Source: Candidatus Thalassarchaeum betae (GTDB lineage Archaea > Thermoplasmatota > Poseidoniia > Poseidoniales > Thalassarchaeaceae). Taken from it: a stretch of 64,000 nt of DNA. Positions 9,166 through 17,664 of this stretch are shown piece by piece (position 1 is the stretch's first letter; each line of letters starts with the position of its first letter). Where the stretch lies: NCBI GenBank assembly GCA_003193925.1, contig PSPG01000001.1:96001-160000 (forward strand). The letters are read 5' to 3'. The notes under the pieces were generated by a model. That model searched no databases. It was not told the DNA's origin and saw nothing but the letters and a program-made list of their open reading frames with translations. The position numbers were made by a program, and so were the translations under genes.

Positions 9166-12100
9166 GTGACGCCGATGCTTGGACCAGTATTCGACAGGTG
9201 GCACTCGCTCTCCAGAGGGCAACGCAGGACAGCCATCGCCCTGCTGATTCTCATAGACGCGAACATCGGCCTGCTGTACGGTTCAGGCCTGCTCAATCAG
9301 TTCGATTCGATATCAGGAGGCAAGATACCCAACGACATGGTCTGGCTTCTCCAGGCCATCGAGTCGATATCCGGCGGATTCTTTCTGGTCAAGATCCTGT
9401 TCGACGACGTCGCGGCCAGTTGGCCCAGATCAATCGGCATCGCTCTGTCCCCCCTGTTCATCCTGTTCATCGTGGGAATGACCCTGGACAACCTGTTCAA
9501 GGGCCTAGATGACGATGTGAGGATCACACTCGATCTGATTTCCATCTCCACTTCCACTCTGACTTGGTCGTCGACCTACCTCGCGATTGCGGTCGGCCTC
9601 ACTCTGACCTACAAGGTCCAGCGCTACGGTAACTTCGCCCAGAGCGAGCTCTTCATGATGGGGATGTATCTCTCTATGGTGATGGTATGGAGCGATTACT
9701 TCTTCCCGCTGTACGACGCACCCAGAGACGGCACTCTGGCCTGGTCCCTGCTGCTCTGGACTGTGCTGGCAGCCTTCGTCCTGACTGGCATAGCTGGCAT
9801 AATCATCGACCGCCTGGTCTACCGGGGCTTCCGCAAGAAGGAAACCAAACCTCAGGTGATGATGATAGCGTCTCTGGGTGTCGCACTCATTCTCAGGGCC
9901 ATCGTCTACCTGCGCTTCGGGGCGGGCAAGAAGATGTTCGAGCCGGATGCGGACTGGAGGGTGCCCACCCTCAGGTGGGACATACCCACACATAAGCTGC
10001 GCCTCAACCTCGGCAACAGGGATCTCGAAGAGGGCCAGACGTACACCCACGGTCCCACCATAGGGGAATGCACCGAAATTGACGGCGCCCTTCAGCCAGA
10101 GGTCAGTGGCTCCACGCCCCTTTTCGATCTGTACAACGCGGCCAACGACTGCGTAACCGAGGCCACCACCGGCTACGCGTACTACAAGGGCGCCATGCCC
10201 CTGGTGATATTCTCCTCTGTCCTCCTTCTGCTAATCCTGCTGAGGAAGACCCGCTTGGGCCGCAGGATGAGGGCGGTCGCCGACAACCCCGACCTCGCAG
10301 CGAGCAGCGGCATCAACGTGGAGAACATCCAGATGACCAGCGCCTTCCTGTCCGCTGGCATCTCGGGAATGGGTGGGGCCATCTTCGCGATGACGCTGAG
10401 GTTCGCCCCCGAGACCGCTTTCACCCTCCTCTTGCCGTCGTTCGCCATCATCGTCCTCGGCACCATCGGCTCGATTCCCGGAGTCCTGGTCGGCTCGCTG
10501 ATCGTCGGATTCGTCAGAGCACTGTCTTCGCCGGTGCTGATTGCCATTGGCCAGCCCCTGGGCCGCTCCAATTACACCGCGCTCGACGGGGTGATGCCCT
10601 ACATCTTCCTCATAGCAATCCTGATGATCATGCCGAGCGGCATCGGCGCCGCCTACGAGAAGTGGAAGGTCGACAGGTTACGCAGACGAGCCGAGGAGCA
10701 GCCATCCAAGCGATTGGGAGGACTCCTCGCCATTTCCCCGTTGGGTGCTTTGGGGGCGCATAACTTCCAGCAGAGGAAGAATGCCCGCGGCGAGTCGATG
10801 ATGATAGTCTCAGTCGGCGCCTACGTATTCAGCAGGATCACCCGCTTCATCAGCGGCAACTCCTTCGCCGACGGCTCGTGCTCGAACGACTGCCAAGCCA
10901 GTGAGTCCTCTGCCACCAACTTCGAGATGGTGACCGGCAGGACGGAAGGCGACTTCATTCTGGAGGACTCGCCATTCTCCCTCTCAGACGTGCCAGACCC
11001 CCCCGACGGTCTGGACGCAACGTTGCACGACCAATGGCTCACCGACGCTCTGAGCGAACTCAACAACTCGTGGTTGGACCTGATGAACACCGAGCTGGGC
11101 CTCGTGGACAACCTCGTGAGCCTCGGCGACGCCCTGTGGCCCGCCGTGCCCCTCCTAGTATGGATAATCGCAGCATTCGAGGGACTTTACCTGCTACAGG
11201 GTCGTGACGAGGACGCCCTGCGGCCCGCGACCGAGTTCCTGAACAGTCTCCTGGCCCCCGTCATGCAGTCGAGAAACTCCGGCTCAGTAGCGATGACCCA
11301 GGCTCTCGGCTTGGCCAAGGCCCCCCTCGATTCGTTCCACACAGCGCTGTATGACAGTCTGGACAGGTTCCAGTCGGGCTTCGACCGTAATCAGAAGTAC
11401 ATGCTCCTAGCAGTCTTGGTGATAGTTCTAGTTTCGGAGTTGCCGCCGTTCTTCGGAAAAGCCCTCCTAGTGCTCGGCTTGCTCTGGCTCGTCGGACTAA
11501 CTATCCTAGCATGGCGCTCAGGCGAGGGGCCCTTGGGAGAACTGAGGCGCCTCTCCCCGCACGGCAGAGAGAGCCCCATCGGTTCGTGGGTGCTCTTCCT
11601 CTCGGTACTGGTATTCCTTCTGCTGTTCGTGGAGTGGCTGCCTGTGGCCGAGGTAGAGAATCATGACTTCATCAAGGCGCTCCAAGTCTCCAACGTCCTG
11701 ACCACTCTGGCCATCTTCACCCTGATGGCTTTCGCCCTGAATCTGCATACGGGCGTAACTGGAATGGTTAACTTCGGCATCATCTTCTTCGTTGGGGTCG
11801 GGGCGATCACCGTCGGCCTCCTCACCGCCCCCAAGGACCTGCACGGGTACGACTGGCCCGTTTTCTGGGCCGTTGTCGCCGCCGTGCTGATCTCAGCAGG
11901 CTTTGGCTGGCTGCTCGCCTATCCCACAGCCAGGCTGAGGATGGACTACTTCGCTATCGTGACGATATCCCTCGGCGAGATTGCCCGCGTCCTCTTGATG
12001 GGGGAGCCACTGCTCAGAGCAGGCTCGTGGGGCTCGGCGATCGGTATCTCGAGGTACAAGCTGCCGTTGAAGGACTGGTGGTTCTGCGGTAGCGGTGAGC

Positions 12101-13062
12101 ATCTGAGCGAAGCGGGAGGGTTACTTAGTTCGGATGAGTGCCGCGGGGTGGTGGGAATCGGCAGCCCGGCGGAGAAGCTCGGCCGCTCTGACATCCCAGT
12201 GCTCGATGACAGGGGAGGAGTCATCGATGGGGAGTTACTTTACGAAGCGACATGGTTCTCGATGGATCTTGGTGAGCCCGCGCCCTACATGATGGTGCTC
12301 GCCATCATCGGCGTCGTCAGCCTGATTCTGATCTGGTGGCTCTTGGAGACGCTGCTCAAGTCCCCGTGGGGGCGGATCCTGCGTTCGATCAGGGAGGACG
12401 AGGAGGTCGCTCAGCACCACGGGCACGATGTGCTCACGCACAAGGCGGCCAGCCTCGCTCTGGGCGCTGGGATAGCAGCCTTCGCCGGTGCCCTGTGGGC
12501 GTGGAAGCTCACCGGCTTCCAACCGTCCTTCATGGCCCCGGCGAAGTCGACCTTCCTGGTCTGGGCCGCGTTCATCGTCGGCGGGGCGGCCAACAACAAG
12601 GGCATGGTGGTGGGAGCGTTCATCATAGTACTCATGGAATTCGTGTTCAATGTCTTAGTTGCCGGCCAAGGCTCGTCAGACCTGCCGCTGCACGAGACCG
12701 CGGCGAAGATTGACCAGCTCTTCGAGTGGCTGGTCACAGGAAGCGATCTGTGGTTCTGGCCCCACACCACCCCGATCGAGACGTTCCTGCTGCTCGCTGC
12801 ATTGGGACTGTTGATCAACAAATCAGCGATGGTCGAACTAGGATTCTCGGGAGTCGCCGTGTTCATGGCAACCTACCTGCTTCTGGGCGAGCGCTCCATC
12901 GACGAGTCGTTCGTCGGCGGCAGCATCCTCGCCAACATGGCCTATGTCAAGGTCTTCCTAGTCGGGTGCCTCATCCTGCTCTCGCTGAAGTACAACGCCA
13001 GGGGCATACTGCCTGAGGTGCCCGTCAGACCACCGAGGCCAACGGAAGGTGATGCGGAATGA
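9166..13062 (+). CDS. Branched-chain amino acid ABC permease, LivH-LivM fusion with extra membrane segments
   Basis: LivH motifs (AVGLTLTY..NFAQSE; TRLGRRMRAVADNPDLAASSGIN) followed by LivM motifs (LNLHTGVTGMVNFG; RLRMDYFAIVT; SPWGRILRSIREDE) in one 1298-aa frame. Confidence 0.9.
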   Translation: MTPMLGPVFDRWHSLSRGQRRTAIALLILIDANIGLLYGSGLLNQFDSISGGKIPNDMVWLLQAIESISGGFFLVKILFDDVAASWPRSIGIALSPLFILFIVGMTLDNLFKGLDDDVRITLDLISISTSTLTWSSTYLAIAVGLTLTYKVQRYGNFAQSELFMMGMYLSMVMVWSDYFFPLYDAPRDGTLAWSLLLWTVLAAFVLTGIAGIIIDRLVYRGFRKKETKPQVMMIASLGVALILRAIVYLRFGAGKKMFEPDADWRVPTLRWDIPTHKLRLNLGNRDLEEGQTYTHGPTIGECTEIDGALQPEVSGSTPLFDLYNAANDCVTEATTGYAYYKGAMPLVIFSSVLLLLILLRKTRLGRRMRAVADNPDLAASSGINVENIQMTSAFLSAGISGMGGAIFAMTLRFAPETAFTLLLPSFAIIVLGTIGSIPGVLVGSLIVGFVRALSSPVLIAIGQPLGRSNYTALDGVMPYIFLIAILMIMPSGIGAAYEKWKVDRLRRRAEEQPSKRLGGLLAISPLGALGAHNFQQRKNARGESMMIVSVGAYVFSRITRFISGNSFADGSCSNDCQASESSATNFEMVTGRTEGDFILEDSPFSLSDVPDPPDGLDATLHDQWLTDALSELNNSWLDLMNTELGLVDNLVSLGDALWPAVPLLVWIIAAFEGLYLLQGRDEDALRPATEFLNSLLAPVMQSRNSGSVAMTQALGLAKAPLDSFHTALYDSLDRFQSGFDRNQKYMLLAVLVIVLVSELPPFFGKALLVLGLLWLVGLTILAWRSGEGPLGELRRLSPHGRESPIGSWVLFLSVLVFLLLFVEWLPVAEVENHDFIKALQVSNVLTTLAIFTLMAFALNLHTGVTGMVNFGIIFFVGVGAITVGLLTAPKDLHGYDWPVFWAVVAAVLISAGFGWLLAYPTARLRMDYFAIVTISLGEIARVLLMGEPLLRAGSWGSAIGISRYKLPLKDWWFCGSGEHLSEAGGLLSSDECRGVVGIGSPAEKLGRSDIPVLDDRGGVIDGELLYEATWFSMDLGEPAPYMMVLAIIGVVSLILIWWLLETLLKSPWGRILRSIREDEEVAQHHGHDVLTHKAASLALGAGIAAFAGALWAWKLTGFQPSFMAPAKSTFLVWAAFIVGGAANNKGMVVGAFIIVLMEFVFNVLVAGQGSSDLPLHETAAKIDQLFEWLVTGSDLWFWPHTTPIETFLLLAALGLLINKSAMVELGFSGVAVFMATYLLLGERSIDESFVGGSILANMAYVKVFLVGCLILLSLKYNARGILPEVPVRPPRPTEGDAE

Positions 13063-14084
13063 AGAACGCGCTGAAGGTCGAGAACCTGCGAATGGAGTTC
13101 GGCGGGCTGGTCGCTGTCAAGGACGTCTCCTTCGAACTCGGCGAAGGCGAGTTCGTGGGCCTCATCGGACCTAACGGATGCGGCAAGTCGACCATCTTCA
13201 ACTGCATCAGCGGCCTGCTTGACCAGACCACCGGAACGGTCGAGGTATTCGGTCAGGACGTCTCCGAGAACAGACCGGATGAGATTCAGAAGCTCGGCCT
13301 CACCCGAACCTTCCAACTCACCAGGCTATGGCGTCAGATGACGGTGGTAGAGAACCTCATGGTGCCTCCGAGAAAGCAGTTCCTCTCCCCCGAGTCCGAA
13401 GCTCCGATGCACCGCGCGTACTCCCTCCTCTCGGTCTTCGCCGTACTCGCCTCCCTCTCGGTAGTGGCGTATTATGCGATTGGGAACGGGGTGTTCTGGT
13501 CGTTGTTCAATCTCATAGCGGCCCTCGGATTGCTCACCGGCGTCATCGCATTCAGGCTGATCGAGGGTAAATCGGAGTTCGACGCAGCCACAGATCGGAT
13601 TGAATCGGCATTCCTCCCCCCGCTGTTCGTACTGCACGCTCTGTTTAGGCCGGGCAGCCGAGCCGCTGAGGAGGAGCGGCTGGCCAAGGCGTACTCGGTG
13701 CTCGACCAGCTCGAGATCCCCCACATGGCTCACAACCTGACCAGCGAGCTCTCCGGCGGTCAGAGCAAGCTCGTCGACATTGGCCGCTCGATGATGGGCG
13801 ACCCACAGTTGCTGCTGCTAGACGAGCCGGTGGCGGGAGTCGCTGGCCCGCTCGCACTGAAGATATTCAACAATCTGAGGAAGATAGTAGATGACACCGG
13901 CATCTCCGTGCTCATCATCGAGCACAACATGGACTTCATCCTCAGGCAGGGAGTCGACCGGATCATCGTCATGAAGGAGGGCGAGATACTGATGCAGGGC
14001 ACGCCCGACGAGGTCAGGGGCAACAGAGCGGTCATCGAGGCCTACCTCGGAGCCGCAGGAGAGCCCCAGGAGGTAGAGGAATGA
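13059..14084 (+). CDS. livG: Branched-chain amino acid ABC ATPase (LivG type) with a hydrophobic insertion
   Basis: FGGLVAV, GPNGCGKST, RTFQ, LSGGQ, LLLDEP, IEHNM, VIEAYLG. ATGA overlap with the permease stop. Confidence 0.9.
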   Translation: MKNALKVENLRMEFGGLVAVKDVSFELGEGEFVGLIGPNGCGKSTIFNCISGLLDQTTGTVEVFGQDVSENRPDEIQKLGLTRTFQLTRLWRQMTVVENLMVPPRKQFLSPESEAPMHRAYSLLSVFAVLASLSVVAYYAIGNGVFWSLFNLIAALGLLTGVIAFRLIEGKSEFDAATDRIESAFLPPLFVLHALFRPGSRAAEEERLAKAYSVLDQLEIPHMAHNLTSELSGGQSKLVDIGRSMMGDPQLLLLDEPVAGVAGPLALKIFNNLRKIVDDTGISVLIIEHNMDFILRQGVDRIIVMKEGEILMQGTPDEVRGNRAVIEAYLGAAGEPQEVEE

Positions 14085-14800
14085 CCAGAGTCCTGGAAAT
14101 CAAGAACCTTGAGGCAGGCTATGGCTCGGTACAGATCCTGCATGGCATAGACATGCATGTCGACGAGGGCGAGTTCGTCACCGTCATCGGTCCCAACGGC
14201 TGCGGCAAATCCACCCTGATCAAGACCATATTCGGGATCGCCACCTACTACCGCGGCGACATCGAGTATCGCGACAGGGACGTCTCGGGATGGAGGACAG
14301 ACCAACTCGTGAATCACGGGATAGCATACGTCCCCCAAGTCGACAACGTGTTCCCATCGCTTTCAGTCGAGGAGAACCTGCAGATGGGTGGCAACACGCT
14401 GGACACCAGAACGCTCAACGAGAGGATTGAGAGATCACTCACCATGTTCCCAGACCTGCGAAACAGGGTCCACGACCTAGCAGCCTCGCTCTCGGGCGGC
14501 GAGCGCCAGATGCTCGCCATCTCGCGCGCGCTCATCTCCGACCCGAACTTCCTGCTTCTCGACGAGCCCACCGCCGCGCTCTCACCGCTCTACCAGCAGC
14601 AGATCATCGAGCGCATCGACTCCCTGCGAAAGGACGGAATCACCGTTCTCATCGTCGAGCAGAACGCCCGTCTCTCCCTGTCGCGCTCCGACCGCGGCTA
14701 CATCATGGCCAACGGCAAAATCGTCCACACCGGCGATGCCCAGCACATCCTCACAGACCCTGAGATCGCCGAGTACTTCCTCGGCGGGACCTCCGACTAG
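14081..14800 (+). CDS. livF: Branched-chain amino acid ABC ATPase (LivF type)
   Basis: AGYG, GPNGCGKST, LSVEENL, LSGGERQMLA, LLDEP, VEQNA and YFLGG. Confidence 0.93.
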   Translation: MTRVLEIKNLEAGYGSVQILHGIDMHVDEGEFVTVIGPNGCGKSTLIKTIFGIATYYRGDIEYRDRDVSGWRTDQLVNHGIAYVPQVDNVFPSLSVEENLQMGGNTLDTRTLNERIERSLTMFPDLRNRVHDLAASLSGGERQMLAISRALISDPNFLLLDEPTAALSPLYQQQIIERIDSLRKDGITVLIVEQNARLSLSRSDRGYIMANGKIVHTGDAQHILTDPEIAEYFLGGTSD

Positions 14801-14825
14801 CCAGGCCGCTCGCGTAGGTGACTTT

Positions 14826-15263
14826 TCAGGGAATATCGCAGAAGGACAGCCTCAGGAACTCGCTGTCGGTAGCCACCCTCTCGAACGGACCCCGGTTTGC
14901 TCCACTAAGGTCCCTGAGGTGGATCTCGGCGGTCACCGCCACTATAGCACTGATGAGGTGGCCGCCGCGGACCACATGCCCATCATCGGACAGAACGACG
15001 TGGATGTGCGTGAAAGGGCCATCCGGTCCGGGAGCCAGATTCCCCTCAGTCGAGAGCAGTTCCATCGCGTCCACGTGAAGCGCGGTGCGGTAGGACCCAT
15101 CACCATCCAGATAGCCCATTTCCGTATCTCTCACGCGGCCGATGCCGCTGGTTATGGCGGCGGCCGTGATCCCATGCTGCGACAGACTGCGCAGCGACTC
15201 GTGCAACTCCTCGCCCGGATCAAGCCTGACGAAGACGTCTTTGCCGTCCTGCGCGAACTCCAC
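14826..15263 (-). CDS. PPC/DUF296 domain protein
   Basis: RLDPGEEL, SGIG, ELLSTEGN, HIHVVL and GGHL motifs. Confidence 0.88.
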   Translation of the reverse strand: MEFAQDGKDVFVRLDPGEELHESLRSLSQHGITAAAITSGIGRVRDTEMGYLDGDGSYRTALHVDAMELLSTEGNLAPGPDGPFTHIHVVLSDDGHVVRGGHLISAIVAVTAEIHLRDLSGANRGPFERVATDSEFLRLSFCDIP

Positions 15264-15393
15264 GCACGCCCATCGTGCCCCGACGCTTGAATGCCACCCA
15301 ACGCCGATTTCCTATGGGCCCGGCGGGCTTAGTCCGTGTTCTGCAGTGGAAGCCTCCAGTGCCTCATTCGCAAGCCCGCACGAGTCGATTCTC

Positions 15394-15413
15394 TCCACTG
15401 GAACAGCAGGGGT
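15394..15413 (+). promoter_or_regulatory. ORB-like (Orc1/Cdc6 recognition box) element upstream of mcm
   Basis: TCCACTGGAACAGCAGGGGT resembles the archaeal ORB pattern TCCAGTGGAAACAAAGGGGT (recalled consensus). Partial copies TGCAGTGGAA at 15342 and TCCAGTG at 15355. Confidence 0.45.
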
Positions 15414-15481
15414 AGGAATTCCCTTCCGCACTGTTCATAGGCCCCCTTGACGGACCCGCAAGGCCCGGCGGTAAGAAACGT

Positions 15482-17626
15482 ATGACGATGGCTGCTCACG
15501 ACTCATCGGCCCGGTGGCGCACATTCCTCACCGAGGCCAAGGAGGATGACATCGTCATGCTGGTCTCGAAACAGGCTCCCCCGTGCATAGAGATCCCCTT
15601 CCACGAGTTGCAGGGATTCGACCCCGAATTCGCCGATGACGTCCTCGAGCACCCCCGCCAGATCCTCAGCAGGGGCTGCCAGACTCTGAGCGAGATCTGC
15701 CGGGAGAGGGGCGAGGAAATAGACGCGGTGCTGCGCGTCGGAGAACTGCCTCGGGACAGCCGAAGGTCACTGCGCGACATCGGCGCTGCCGATATCGAGC
15801 GGCTGCGCAGCGTCGATGCCATCGTCACGAAGATATCCGAACTAAAGCCCCGTCTGCACCGGGCTGTATTCACCTGCGAGGTGTGCGACAAAATCATCGA
15901 GGTCGAGCAGGAGAACGAGAGGGAACTCATCGAGCCCCTCCAATGCCCGGGGTGCGAGAAGAGTGCAGGCCGCTCGAGAGAGACCAGGTTCACTCTGGTG
16001 GTCAACATCTCGAAGATGGTCAACAACCAGTGGATAGAGATTCAAGAGCTTCCCGAGAACGTTCCCAGTGGGGCTCAGCCGACAAGGGGCTCCGTCCTAG
16101 TCGAGGGGGATAAGGTCAACCGGCACCTCCCGGGCGAGAGGATAGTCGCCAACGTCATGCCCGTGGTCCGTAGCGAGGTCCGCCGCAACAGGAAGACGCC
16201 TATGTTCGACATCATCTATCATCTGGTAAGCTCCGAGCACGAGAACACGCCCTTCACCGAGTTTAAAATCAGCGAGGAGGAAAGGGAACAGATCCTAGAG
16301 ATCTCTCGCCGTGAGGACCTGCTGAGGCTCATGCAGCAGTCGATCGCACCGTCCGTCTTCGCGACCGGCGTCATGCACTACGTGAAGCGCTCTCTGGCCT
16401 TGCAGCTCTTCGGTGGTGTCTCGAGGATCAATCCGGACAGGACACGCTCCCGTGGTGAAATCCACGTCCTGCTGATGGGAGACCCTGGCGTAGCCAAGTC
16501 GCAAGTGCTCGATTACATGTCCAAACTCTCGCCCCGGGGCAAGTTGGCCTCGGGAGGAGGGGTGTCGCGAGCCGGGCTGACCGCGGCTGCGGTGAGGGAT
16601 GCCTTCGGTGACGGCAGATTCGCCCTCGAGGCTGGCATCCTGCCGCTTTCCGACCGCGGACTAGCCGCCATCGACGAGTTCGACAAGATCAACGAGGAGG
16701 ATCGCCGGGCTATACATCCGGCGATGGAGCAGGGGATGATACACATTTCCAAGGGGGGAATAACGGCCACGCTGCCTGCGAGATGCGCCATTCTGGCAGC
16801 CGCCAATCCGAAGGACGGTCGCTTCTCCAAGCGCGGCCCGAACCAGAGCGTCATACGCTCCTACAACGAGACCGGTCTCCCTCCCCCCCTCGCCTCCCGC
16901 TTCGACATCATCTGGATGATCAGGGATGAGATCAGGGTCGAGGACGACGAGAGGATCGCCAGGCACATCCTCGCGGTCCGTACTCAGGGAGTCAGCGAGA
17001 CGAAGGTCGATGAGTCTCTGGATCTAAATCCAATGGAGGGGCGGGAGGACCAGATATTCGCAACCGGGGCGGACGGAACCGAGCATCTCACCATTGAGTT
17101 CCTGCGCAAGTTCATCGCATACGCCAAGCGCAACATCCATCCCGACCTCAGTGAGGACGCCAGAGCCCTCATACTCGAGTACTACACGGACGAGCGACAG
17201 TCCTTCGGCCGTGAGGATCAGATGGGCGAGTCCGAGGTCATCCCGATTACCGCTCGCGCCCTCGAAGCTCTGATTCGACTGACGGAGGCCCACGCTAAGA
17301 TGCATCTCAGGGAGATCGCTACAGCCGACGACGCGAAGGTCGCCCTCGCCGTCTTCAGGCATTGGAGGGAGGAATCCGGAATCGAGGACGAGTCGGAGTT
17401 GTACTCCGGTGTCTCGGCGAGGGTTCGCAGTGCGAATGCCGTCGTGCGGCAGGTCATCAGGGACATCTGCGCCGAGCGGGACGGAATCGCCCACGTCACC
17501 GAGATCTACAACAGGGCCGCATCCAGAAACGTGCCTGACACCAACGTGGACGAGGTCCTTTCGAGGATGCGGATGAGCGGCGAACTGTTCAGTCCTCGCA
17601 ATGACGAGTATTCATTCGCCCGTTGA
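15482..17626 (+). CDS. mcm: Replicative MCM helicase
   Basis: C4 zinc finger (CEVC..CPGC), GDPGVAKSQ, IDEFDK, AMEQ, AAANP, SRFD arginine finger, ITARALEALIRL, C-terminal winged helix. No intein. Confidence 0.97.
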   Translation: MTMAAHDSSARWRTFLTEAKEDDIVMLVSKQAPPCIEIPFHELQGFDPEFADDVLEHPRQILSRGCQTLSEICRERGEEIDAVLRVGELPRDSRRSLRDIGAADIERLRSVDAIVTKISELKPRLHRAVFTCEVCDKIIEVEQENERELIEPLQCPGCEKSAGRSRETRFTLVVNISKMVNNQWIEIQELPENVPSGAQPTRGSVLVEGDKVNRHLPGERIVANVMPVVRSEVRRNRKTPMFDIIYHLVSSEHENTPFTEFKISEEEREQILEISRREDLLRLMQQSIAPSVFATGVMHYVKRSLALQLFGGVSRINPDRTRSRGEIHVLLMGDPGVAKSQVLDYMSKLSPRGKLASGGGVSRAGLTAAAVRDAFGDGRFALEAGILPLSDRGLAAIDEFDKINEEDRRAIHPAMEQGMIHISKGGITATLPARCAILAAANPKDGRFSKRGPNQSVIRSYNETGLPPPLASRFDIIWMIRDEIRVEDDERIARHILAVRTQGVSETKVDESLDLNPMEGREDQIFATGADGTEHLTIEFLRKFIAYAKRNIHPDLSEDARALILEYYTDERQSFGREDQMGESEVIPITARALEALIRLTEAHAKMHLREIATADDAKVALAVFRHWREESGIEDESELYSGVSARVRSANAVVRQVIRDICAERDGIAHVTEIYNRAASRNVPDTNVDEVLSRMRMSGELFSPRNDEYSFAR

Positions 17627-17664
17627 GTCTATGGAACAGGGCCGCCTCTGCGCCCTTGAGCGCA

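Noticed and set aside
15482-17626. Intein in MCM
   Set aside because: The length (714 aa) is normal and the AAA+ motifs are uninterrupted.
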